Source of the DNA: Tubulanus polymorphus
Lineage: Eukaryota; Animalia; Nemertea
Length of the DNA: 64,000 nucleotides
Direction: 5' to 3'
Assembly: GCF_964204645.1 (NCBI RefSeq)
Contig: NC_134035.1
Span: forward strand, 3,658,001-3,722,000
The position numbers and the translations under genes were made by a program. Below are positions 27,849-38,600 of this stretch, piece after piece. The notes beneath the pieces are model-generated. The model searched no databases, was not told the DNA's origin, and saw nothing but the letters and a program-made list of their open reading frames with translations. The first letter of the stretch is position 1; every line of letters begins with the position of its first letter.

Positions 27849-29499
27849 CTAATTGACGACGACTTCGTTTCTGAATGTCTTAACTTTACCGTCGTAGCGA
27901 CCCGAATAGAACGACCTGAAGAACTTATCGCCCGGCTCATGGTAGACATCGATGTACTCTTCGAAGCCCTTGTAGATTTCCGGAATTGCCATATCGAACG
28001 CTAGCTCTTTCAGCAGGAATTTCACTCCCTCTTGCGTGTCGACTTCTACCGGCGAGTTGGAGGGCCGGTCCAAGCTTTGAACGATCGACATGAGCACGTC
28101 TTTCGTCAGTATTTCGGCGTCCTGTTTGAACTCCGAACACGTCTCGTACAGGCGAAGTACCTCGGTAAGCTTGTTCTTGTAAGCGACTGATGTTTCTATT
28201 TCTGCTTTCCAGTCGACGAAATGGAACTTCTTCTGGTCGATATCCAAATCTTCCATCACTTTCTGAGCCAAAGTCACCAGCTTGCGCGTTTCTTTGCGAG
28301 CGATCTTCTCCGGCTTGCTTCGGCCGACTGCTATGTAATTATGAATGTACGGCACCGTGGGTATAATCACAAGCACCTACAAAAAGACCGAATGCTGATG
28401 TACCGGTTTATCAGTCTGTTTTTGTTTTTAAATATACTCCTCAGAAAATATTTGGAATCGACTGCAATATGTCATAGAAGATTAAACGGATTGATCCGCA
28501 ATGCGGGCGTGAGCTGTATGTTTTACATCACTTATGTCAAACTGATGGCAGGTTGGTATGTTCGTCTACAGCGCATTGAGGAAGCTTACTAATTTCACAG
28601 CAGGTACTGGCATCACGAACAAACCGCGAGTGAATTTAGGGGATGGTCTCGAGGGGTCTAGCCCCCGCCTATTTATTGAGGTCGCCCTTTTTGTCAATTA
28701 GACAACGATTGTTCAAAACCACAAATTCGACACTCATCCTTGCGAAAAAATTGCTAATTTTCGGATGTTTTTCTTCAAAAATCATGAATGAAAAACACTG
28801 AGGTTGGTACTCCGTATTTATTTGTATGATTTCTAAGGACTTTCGAAAAATCACAATTCAACGCAATATTCCTTGCAATCTTGATAAAACTATCGTATTT
28901 CGATTTTTTCGCCATTTTGGGGGGAGCGAACAGTCGTTACACGGACATCAGCTATCATCAACGGCGCTAATTAAGTCGCGTTCTCCGCCCAGCAAGATAA
29001 ATCGGTAAGTTCTAAACCTCGTTTTAAGGAAAAAATACGACCCCTATGACGACTCGGCTCTAGGTTTTTTTTTATTTCATACGATTTTTGAGTGAAAATT
29101 TCCGAATTTACGTCTATACGTCATGCAAGAAAGCATCAGGGTCCAGTTGCTTTTTAGAATAACTAACTAACGAAAGCGTACAGGGAAGTGCAAATGAGCG
29201 TATTGAAGGATTCTTACCTTTTCGGCATTTTGGTCAGCGAATGCCAACATCTTTGCCATGTTCTCTTCTTTATAGTAGTATGTGTTGCCGGGACATGATC
29301 CACAAACGATCGGTAGATTTTTTCCTTTCAGATATTCCAAGTAGTTCGAATCTGACCTTTATTATATAGATAAAATACATACGTGAATATGTAATCTCCA
29401 TCTATGATAAACATAGATTGACAAAAAATGAAAAACTTTTAACAATCGACAAATATGAGATTTTTCTTTGAAAATCCTTAACAAAACTCACGGGCTCAT
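27849..29499 (-). CDS. tRNA-dependent cyclodipeptide synthase (CDPS)-like protein, ~224 aa; complement(join(27849..28376,29218..29356,29492..29499))
   Basis: Spliced translation MSPSDSNYLEYLKGKNLPIVCGSCPGNTYYYKEENMAKMLAFADQNAEK|VLVIIPTVPYIHNYIAVGRSKPEKIARK...EGVKFLLKELAF...IDVYHEP...EVVVN. It is colinear with the AlbC motifs as recalled (GISAGNSYF, ADGRS, ETPEY, NYVLAEAP, LCYH, terminal VVV). GT-AG introns 28377-29217 (phase 0) and 29357-29491 (phase 2, donor GTGAGT) keep the frame. AATAAA at 27762-27767 on the minus strand. The two large exons are solid; the 8-nt start segment is less certain. Confidence 0.85.
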
Positions 29500-29695
29500 T
29501 ATGGGAGGCGTATGTGGCGTTCGGTAACCGTGCCTGTCTGTGAGGTACTGAATGGATCGCCCTTTAGTCACGATCTATTCTGTCATCGCCATATGGAACA
29601 AGCTAATGAAAAAGTTATTATCCCAACTTATATTTACCATAACTGATCTGAATGATGTGAAATTCAATAAATTACCAAGTTATTAATGAACGACT

Positions 29696-29848
29696 GGGAC
29701 ATTTTCCTACTTTACAAATGGGACAATTTTTCCGGGGACATATTTTCCAGGGAAACTTTTTCCCTGGGACATTTTTTCCGAGGACATATTTTCCAGGACA
29801 TTTTTTCCGGGTAGATCTTTTCTTGGGACATTTTTTACCGTATACCTG
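29696..29848. repeat. ~15-bp degenerate tandem repeat (GGACATTTTTTCC), resembling transposon subterminal repeats
   Basis: About nine GGACA(T)nCC units. Confidence 0.7.
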
Positions 29849-30269
29849 GTAATTCATGTTATTTCCTCTTTTGATAAATTACATGATTTTTGTTGCCAGA
29901 TTCACTCAGCATCGATTTCACAGAAAAATAAAAAAATGTCCGGAGGAGGGCCACAGACCCCATAAATTGAGCCTTTGGCGCTCGCTTCTCGTGACACAAA
30001 ATGTGCCCTCTTTTCATCCTGCTTAACAAAAGAAAAAAGGATGTTGCAATGTGGAATCAACCTTAAACTACAATATTTACACAAATGCCGCTGAAAATTT
30101 CCTTCTTACTTCCCTGCTAATATCGAAATCAGTTGTTGAGTTATTGTCTCGTGCGGATCTGGTAATCTTGAGACTTTGATCGGGGAATCCAGATAATCAG
30201 GAAATTCTGGGTGTCCATACCTGTGCGAACCATGCGGGGGCACACACGCACGGACACATAGATAAAACC

Positions 30270-30470
30270 GTACCCCCCGGGAAGAGCGAATATGTAATCG
30301 ATCTAATATGAGAATCATTCATTGGGGATGAGTACCATTTTGTTCTAGAATGCCCTTTCCTTCAGAATCTTCGCACCCGGTTCATTAAACCATTCTTTAG
30401 AATAAGACCAAGTGACTTCAAATTGATACAATTATTAAATTGTAAGGGCAAGCAGCTCTGTAAACCTGAC
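30270..30470 (+). mobile_element. 3' fragment of a non-LTR retrotransposon ORF2 (C-terminal Cys/His knuckle)
   Basis: Frameshifted translation PREERIC...IGDEYHFVLECPFLQNLRTRFIKPFFRIRPSDFKLIQLLN, typical of LINE C-termini. Confidence 0.7.
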
Positions 30471-31252
30471 TCGCATTATACCGCGTAAGCTTAATTCAAA
30501 ATTCTTACTAGCGTCCCCGATGTCGGACTTCGTCGTCGTGTCCGATCTATCGAGCACTGAGTCCGCTCCAGCAGTCCGAGTTGTTCGTGTAAAATGGTGG
30601 ATGTCGTGCGCGACGATTTGTTATGAAACATTTTGCAAATATCCACTTCCAAAAAGATAACTGATATCATTTCCACAAATACACAAGTGTAAGCGTAATT
30701 TATCACTTTTACCATGTTTAAGTGTAAGGATGAGTCGGTGCGCCTGTTAATCTATCGCCCGGCTTTGAACTTACAGCTGACGAAAAGGATGGCGATTCAA
30801 TTCAATACTTTTTTATTCAAGTTGCCACGCCGGGCCCCTTCTCTCCATAGTCAGTAACCTGTCTGTGGTTTAGTTTCACATTCGGATATTTTCACAAACC
30901 ACATATCGTTGGTATATGCCCATCTGATTATAAAAAAGCTATCCACCAACGATTAGGTAACTACCCCCCCTCCCCCCCCCTCCCGGTCGACGCGACAGCT
31001 AAAAATGCCCTAAATAGAATAATCACCTAATCATTGGTTGTCTCAGTTAGGATTTCTAAAATAACAGTCGCCTTTCCGTTATGCTTGTAGTAGTGTGGAA
31101 GATTAAGCTTCAAAATTATGAATGGCTCTTTTCATTATATAAGGCTCATTATAGGGTGAAAAAAAGCCATATTACTGTAATATAAGTAATTCATTCGAAT
31201 TATTTCATTTATCGCTAATTTATTTCTTGCAGCTGATTGTTTATCGAACAAT

Positions 31253-32137
31253 ATGGGAGCTACGTATTCCACGGAGGCAGCTGCAGCTGTAACGACGACG
31301 ACTGGTGCGAATATCTTACCAACGACCACGACGAAAGAATGCCCGATGAATAATCAGGCATCCGAAGCCGAAACCGAACATTCCGTTCAAATGAAATACG
31401 CCGGCGAATGTCCGATGCACCGCGAGGAGGGAACCGCGTCGGGCGCGACCGCGCAGCGCGAGCATACCGTGCAGATGTCGTACGCGAGCGAGTGCCCGAT
31501 GCATTTATCGCAGCTGGCCGCCGACGAAAAGATCGACCCGACGAACATGATGCCGCCGCCGAACCAGCAACCGTCGCCGGGGCAACCGTTTCGATTGTCG
31601 ACGACGCGCGAAGTCTCGACGATTCCGAAAGGCGGCGCCACCGCCGATAACGCCGGCCAGAACTGGGTCTACCCGTCGCAGCAGATGTTCTGGAACGCGA
31701 TGATTCGCAAAGGCTGGCGCTGGGAGGACGATGCGTTGTCGGCGAACGACATGGCGCACATCATACGCATACACAACGCGAACAATGAACACGCGTGGCA
31801 GGAGGTGTTGCGCTGGGAGGCGTTGCACGCGCGCGAATGCGACGACCCGAAGCTCGTGCGGTTCGGCGGCAAGGCGAAGGAGTTCTCGCCGCGCGCGCGC
31901 ATACGCGGCTGGATGGGTTACGAGTTGCCGTTCGATCGACACGACTGGATCGTCGACCGCTGCGGTCGCGAGGTGCGCTACGTGATCGACTACTACGACG
32001 GCGGCGCGGTCGACCCGGCGACGAGTCGGTTCACGTTGCTTGACGTGCGGCCGGCGTTGGATTCGTTCGAGGCGTTGTGGGATCGCATGACGGTCGCCTG
32101 GTGGCGGTGGACGTCGAAGGATCAGTCGGAAAGTTGA
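31253..32137 (+). CDS. HCCS: Holocytochrome c-type synthase (cytochrome c heme lyase), 294 aa, single coding exon
   Basis: N-terminal MG and three CPM heme-regulatory motifs. Family signatures [72 protein letters not shown] and [10 protein letters not shown] splice acceptor (TTTCTTGCAG) ends at 31232, implying an upstream UTR exon. Confidence 0.97.
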   Translation: MGATYSTEAAAAVTTTTGANILPTTTTKECPMNNQASEAETEHSVQMKYAGECPMHREEGTASGATAQREHTVQMSYASECPMHLSQLAADEKIDPTNMMPPPNQQPSPGQPFRLSTTREVSTIPKGGATADNAGQNWVYPSQQMFWNAMIRKGWRWEDDALSANDMAHIIRIHNANNEHAWQEVLRWEALHARECDDPKLVRFGGKAKEFSPRARIRGWMGYELPFDRHDWIVDRCGREVRYVIDYYDGGAVDPATSRFTLLDVRPALDSFEALWDRMTVAWWRWTSKDQSES

Positions 32138-32261
32138 TAACGTTCACGCGCTACAACTGCTGTCGATCGATCCTTACTCTCGGTCTTGTGTTGATAAACA
32201 CCCCGCAATTTGTTTAAATTTACGAGAAAATCTATTTGGAAAACTGTTATTCGTGTGATTC

Positions 32262-32578
32262 TATATTCAGTGAATTATTTACAGCAGTCACAATGCTATT
32301 GAGTTCCCTGATTCTCAACTCTGTGAGATATTTACAGCAGTCCTAACGCTACCGAGTTCCCTGATTCTCAACTAGGTGAAATATTTACAGCAGTCCTAAC
32401 GCTACCGAGTTCCCTGATTCTTTATTCAGTGAACAGCAGTTGCAATGTTACTGAGTTATCTGATTCTCAACTCAGTGAGATTTCCAGCAATCCCAGCACT
32501 ACTGAGTTCCCTGATTCTCAACTAGGCGAAATATTTACAGCAGTCCCTAAACGCTACCGAGTTCCCTGATCCCCAACT
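32262..32578. repeat. 53-bp minisatellite (~6 copies) downstream of HCCS; inverted relatives at ~61870-61970
   Basis: GAGTTCCCTGATTCT recurs at 32301, 32354 and 32407 (period 53). Confidence 0.85.
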
Positions 32579-33910
32579 GCTATCAATAACTAATTTTCGT
32601 TATTTATCCGCTACATTGTGGGGTTTTCATGTACACTATATAGACAAGTCCACTGCAGACCGAGTAAGGCGCGGTTAACTGCATAACAGAATGAACAGCT
32701 GACTGTAAATTGAAATAATCAAATGAATTGTGATATTTAGTCATCAATCGAAAAATGTATAAAGATATCAGTAGATAAAGGATAGATTCGATGGTAAACG
32801 TACATAATGAACTGCCCTTATTCAGACTTATCAGTAATAAAGACCTCAAATGATTTATCTAACGGATGAATTTTATCAGTTGTAAGTATTGATTATCGCG
32901 TGTGTTCACTACTATTAGCCATGTAATTATTAGATTGTCATATTCCGGTGGTGTTTTGTAGATTTTGATTGTTACGAATGGAGGTTGTTTTTTTTTTAGT
33001 TTTAATCGATAGTAAAATTCCGTCTATTATTGATATCGATGATTCAACTCATTTTATTCGGAGTTTTGGTTTCAATTTTTCCCGCGTTGACAAATTGATT
33101 GTTTGATTGAGGTTGCAGGTGACTGTCGGGGCACTTTCGTAGTCCATGCAAGAGAATCTCATTACTATATACATATATCACAATCGGGTGAATTATACAT
33201 AATCACCATTGAAGAGACACTATATCCGTGTTGTGTGACGATCATATATTACGAGGATCCTACAAAGAAAAGTCCGAAAATGTTTTTCTTGAGCTATACA
33301 TAATGATTGGGATGGCCGTTATTGAGGAGTGGAACTACATACATTGCCTATTTTGACAAGCCCTGTAATAATGGCTAATTCTTTTCTGCGCAACTTAACT
33401 AAGGATTCTTAGTACTCGAAGGGCAGATTTCTGTCCAGATAACATTATTGCGTGGTAAATTTGTTTTAGGATCACTCTAGATGCTCAGAAAATAATCAAT
33501 TATTCAGATTTTCTCGAGGGAGGGCCCCCAAAACCGCCTAGGTTCCATTCGAGATTGCACAGTGGAAGAGGCCTGTAAACTCAGGATTCGTCCCCGCTGG
33601 TGTCAAAATATAAAAGATTTGAATTGAATTGTCCGAGATTGATAATTTTCAAGCAACATGGTGCATAGATAGATGGCGCTGATTGTAAATTAAAGACAAA
33701 TTCAACGAAAATATATTACAGTTCGTTATTAGATTTCGTTTTATTTCAATTTTTCTGATTAAAACCTGTGCAAATACTGTAGTGTCTGTACGTCAACTAC
33801 ACCAAGAAATCGAGAACGAGTTGTGTGAGTCACTTGTCTTAAGCTTAAGGCCTTTCTTAAATGTTTTTTTTTGAGTGACTTTGTTTTTAGGAATAGGATT
33901 GTCAAAACTG

Positions 33911-34242
33911 AGGCCTTTTTATGAACACTCGATTAGTATATTCGAGTATGCAAAACGTTTTTATGAGCATGGATTATGTCATAATCCGTCATTTTTATGA
34001 ACATTGGTTATCATAATCGATTAGCATGCTCAGCATACTCGCTCGGCGAGCAAGTATGCCGATTATCTAATCCAACCGATATGGTGTTCTCGGTAGAAGT
34101 CGCTGCTGAGTAGGCCATAATTGAATAATTTCTACCTGGCGTTTTTATCAACCAACATACCCGGTTATGCTAATTGACACTAATCGGCTATATAATCTAG
34201 ATAGCTAATCTATTTCGATTTTGCTGGTTCATAAAAAGGCCT
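33911..34242. mobile_element. PIF/Harbinger-like MITE
   Basis: TIR AGGCCTTTTTATGAAC / GTTCATAAAAAGGCCT flanked by a 3-bp TSD (CTG). Confidence 0.8.
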
Positions 34243-34329
34243 CTGGTCTGAAACTTAAGTGAAACTCGAAAAATTTAACCAACACAACATTGGTGTTGTA
34301 TCGCGGGATCATTGATATGGCTAAGAATC

Positions 34330-35180
34330 AAAAGCCTTCCCTTGGATGCTGTAAACTTCCAGCTTTAAGAGGAGGCGTTGATGAGGCACAACGCCTTCGT
34401 TCATGAAATCCATGTAAATGTCTCAATGCTCACTCCTCGATGAGAATCTCCGTCCAGACTTCCATCATGTCCAATAGTTGTGTAACGCAGGCTTTACCGT
34501 GTACAAAACCGTGCTGCTGCTTGCTGAAGAATTGGTTTTCACTTAAGTGTTTGATGACCTTTTCTCTGATGAGTTTTCCCATCATCTTACAGAGTAATGC
34601 ACGTGAGGCTAACTGGTTTATAGTTGCATGGTTGTAGGCGGCTTCTAAGATAGGTGTGACAGTTGCTTTTCGCCAGTCCTGAGGAACTTGACGCTCTGCA
34701 ATGCAAGTGATTTGCAGAAGAGTAGCGTGACTGGGCGAGCCAATATATCCGCCGCTTTTGATAAAACCAGGGGATTGATGCCGTCTGGGGCCTGTAGCTT
34801 TAGTGTGTCTTCAAGGTCTGAAGCATGCTCAGTACTTTCTCCTCTGAGATCACGAAGTCCTCCGAGGTCATACTATACTCAGCTTTTGGTGGGTCAGGGA
34901 GAGGACCATCACCTTCGCAGGTAAACAAACACACTGAAGGAAATCATTCGATAGCTGTGCTTTTTCTTCATTGGATGAGGATTTATTACCGTCTTCTTTC
35001 TTCAAATCACCTACGCCCGAACGCGTTGTTGTTTTGCTCTTTACGTACGACCAGAAAGCTTTGGGATTCTCTTTTGCTTCACTGGCCGCAGTGGCTTCCA
35101 GTCTTCTTTTTGCTTTCCTTCATTCACTGCTGGCTTTGTTCCTTGTCTTGAGGTAAACTGTGTTATCGCTCTTTTCTCAT
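34330..35180 (-). mobile_element. Degenerate CR1-type LINE ORF2 (reverse transcriptase) fragment
   Basis: Frameshifted minus-strand translation: GPDGINPLVL, VPQDWRKATVTPI, NYKPVSLTCI, QQHGFVHGKACVTQLL, VPHQRLLLKL. Confidence 0.9.
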
Positions 35181-35457
35181 GTTCGCTGCTGTTCGAGCTG
35201 TTATTTTCGTCCGTTGAGCTTATGATGAACTCCTCAGACAAAACTGTTAAATCCACTGGGGCCTGACACAAAAAGTTTTGGACCCCCAGTATACCCATCC
35301 TAGGTATCGGTACTATGAAATTTTTTGCCGTTGGTTTTGCTCCTTTTCTGGCTTAACTGAATACTGAGATTAATATCAGTCGGCTAATCAACTTATCTTC
35401 ATCGTCTTTATAGAATACACATAGCAGTGTGACGTGTACGATCTGGATACCGGCGAC

Positions 35458-35693
35458 ATGTCGGTCAATCAACAACAACTTCAGCAACAACAACAACAAC
35501 AGCAGCAGCAGCAGCAGACCGGTCAACAACAGAGTAATACACAACAGCAACAACAACAGCAGCAACAACAACAACAACAGAATATAGAAACCGCTCATAC
35601 GACGTACGATGTTGTAGTTGTTGTGGAAGGAACTGCGAATCTCGGCGCTTATTTCAACTCGTTAAAAGAGCACTACATTCTACCCTCATTAGA
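35458..35693 (+). CDS. MED25: MED25 coding exon 1 (polyQ leader and start of VWA domain)
   Basis: ATG at 35458 with an in-frame TAG upstream; acceptor ends 35413; encodes [30 protein letters not shown]; donor GTAAGT at 35694. Confidence 0.9.
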
Positions 35694-38600
35694 GTAAGTA
35701 CTACATTCTACTATTGTAGATAGTTGGGACTATTTCCAGTCTTCATGAACAGGGATCAAAATTTGCTGTTGTAACCACCCGAGATGCACAATAGATATTT
35801 TTCCTAAATATACTACTATAAAAATATATATGTTTCTTGACTAAATGCCTCTCAGAGATGCTCAGAAAACTCTAAAATGATAGTAAAATTTCAAAAAAAT
35901 TTTGCTGATATGCCTTTCCGCCCTAAATCAAGAATATATGCCCTTTTTATTGGTCAACATAGTCACAACATGCACCTGGAGTATCAATTTTTTTAGCCTA
36001 AGCTTTAACTTTTTCATGAAACTGATCCTGAACCTGTTTCACGAATTATGTCTAATATCCATTGTACAAAGTGTGTGTAGATTTAGGCCATCGTGGGTAT
36101 TTCACGTACACGTACTGCCGGGCTTATCCCGAGTTCAGAGTTACTTTGAATAGATGTGGCAGTTTCAACAGTAAGCTGATGTTGGCCATAAACTGGCTGA
36201 AGTTGAAGATGTGCGTACCGTTAATGTAAGCTGATATCTTTTTTTTATATAGATATTTTAGTGGCGGTCCACCGGAGGAAGTCGATTATGGATGTGATGT
36301 AAGTTTTGACACTTAAAGCTATTTATCAATTCATGAGAGATAACATTTTCTTTGATATTTTGCTTAATTTCTCCGATGAAAAACGAGAAGTTCAATTTGA
36401 AGCATCTCCAATGTTTTCTTATTCTAATTGAGTTTAGAAATTAGATAGTTTGAAATTTCTTGACAGTTTGAAAATTGTTACCAAACCCATAAACTCAATT
36501 TAATTATATTTCTTGAGGGGTCACCGGCGACATAGGTTTTCAAGCAGTGATTTTGTATTGAATGGCTCATCAGAATAGGAAACTGACCTATTGCAACTTA
36601 ATACGCGAAAGTGAAAGCAAAAACGAACCCAAAATTTTGATTGTAACGGGCGTAACATACTCTCTACCGGGCGATTCTAGTTAGTATATCAGGTTTACAG
36701 ATTACACTTACTACCCCGGAATCAGTGCGGTGTATTGCGGTCGAAATGAATGCGCCAGAAGAGAATTCCAGAATCGGTATAGAGGGCGCAATCAAAACCC
36801 GCCACGTCGTACATCTTCGTTTCGCAAATCTGGATGCAACGAACTAAGTGAACGAGTTCATAGTCTGATTGGTTTACATGAACCGGGATTGAAAAGAAAA
36901 TTCCACACAATCGACCGATTATCCAAGTGGCTGCCCTGTAAAATGAAAAGGTTTCACTTACATGGTTTTTTTTTTTGTTGGGCTACACACGACGCTAGAA
37001 AATCTGCCGCTTTGATTGGAAATCGAATCAATCGAATGATCTAAACAAAATGCTTCTGCAACCCAGTTCGATGCAAGCTGTCAACTGTGTCAGTTTCGGC
37101 ATCGCAGCTGCACCTGTTAGCTTTTGTGAAAAACATCGAAGATAGACCGAGTATTTCCAGTGCGATATGCGGCATTATGGATCATGTGTTTCAGAGGCCT
37201 GTAGATTCCCCGTTGTTCACAGGATTATTTGTCTGCCGATCGATATGTCAGTTTTTCAGAGGCGTCATTCGCCTATTTCTGTGTGAAATGTCAAAGATTA
37301 AATGTATATCTGTTGGAATCATTAAAACTAATAATTACACGGATGTGATGCAAATGTGGAGAAAAAAAAACGTGAACATTTCTGAATAGTAAATTTTTGT
37401 GTGAAAAACGTGAACATTTTGGAAAACATGTGAAACTTTTTAAAAAAAGATTTATGTAGTTTTTGTAGGCTGTATATATATATGTCCTTTTATCTCTGAG
37501 CTCTGCTTTAAGAGTAAATGTATATCTGTTCATTGTCTAGTATCCGTCATTGATTGGTATGTACCATAAAAATTGGTCTTGCAATAGGAAAACTAGGTGA
37601 ATCACGCGTCTCAATAAATTCTGATTAGTCTTTAGTTATGATAAGATTTTGATTGAATTTGAATAGAAATCCGGCGTCAATGTCGTACTGTACGCTAGAG
37701 ACACCTGGCGAACTCGTATCGATTCTTATTCTTTTATTTCATTTACAGAATAGTTGTACGTTATTCTGTCTGGTCGTTTTCACTGCTGCTGACTACGCTC
37801 CCGGTCCGCCGGTGAAGTGTATAGCTCCGACGGCTAGCACGCACGAATTCATGAAATGGATGGACCAGATTTTGTACGTATTTTGCGAAAATTCAACTCC
37901 ATAAGCCGAGCACATTCGGAATAAACTGTTGTATCTAATTAACAGATTTATAGGCGGTGGTGGAGAGGCTTGTAGTCATGTGGCTGAAGGTTTGAGTACG
38001 GCCTGTCAAGTATTTGATGACCTGCAAGAACTCAGAAAATCCATGTAAGTTTCCCTGGTCTATATCTGTAACTGTTTATCAGTCATCTCTACCTAGAGAG
38101 AAGTGATATTGGTATTATTACCCCTAGCCTATATCTGTTACTGTGTATCAGTCATCTCTCCCTGGAGAGAAGTGATATTGGTATTATCCCCCCTAGCCTA
38201 TATCTGTAACTGTGTATCAGTCATCTCTCCCTAGAGAGAAGTGATATTGGTATTATAACCCCTAGTCTATATCTGTAACTGTGTATCAGTCATCTCTCCC
38301 TGGAGAGAAGTGATATTGGTATTATGACCCCTAGTCTATATCTGTAACTGTGTATCAGTCATCTGTACCTGGAGGGAAGTGATATTGGTATTATCACCCC
38401 TAGTCTATATCTGTCACTGTGTATCGGTCATCTCTACCTGGAGAGAAGTGATATTGGTATTATTACCCCTAGTCTATATCTGTAACTGTGTATCAGTCAT
38501 CTCTACCTGGAGGGAAGTGATATTGGTATTATCACCCCTAGTATATATCTGTCACTGTGTATCAGTCATCTCTACCTGAGAGAAGTGATATTGGTATTAT

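Noticed and set aside
30106-30715. ORFs 30106-30318 and 30491-30715 as the first coding exon of the CDPS gene
   Set aside because: A closer phase-compatible ATG AGC CC|GTGAGT exists at 29499-29492. The 30106 ORF overlaps a LINE remnant, and I found no compatible donor in the 30491 ORF.
31316-32043. Overlapping alternative-frame and antisense ORFs within HCCS
   Set aside because: Expected shadows of a GC-rich CDS with few off-frame stops.
27849-32137. CDPS plus HCCS as a biosynthetic cluster with a heme-related tailoring enzyme
   Set aside because: HCCS looks like a normal mitochondrial housekeeping heme lyase; adjacency alone is not evidence of a shared pathway.
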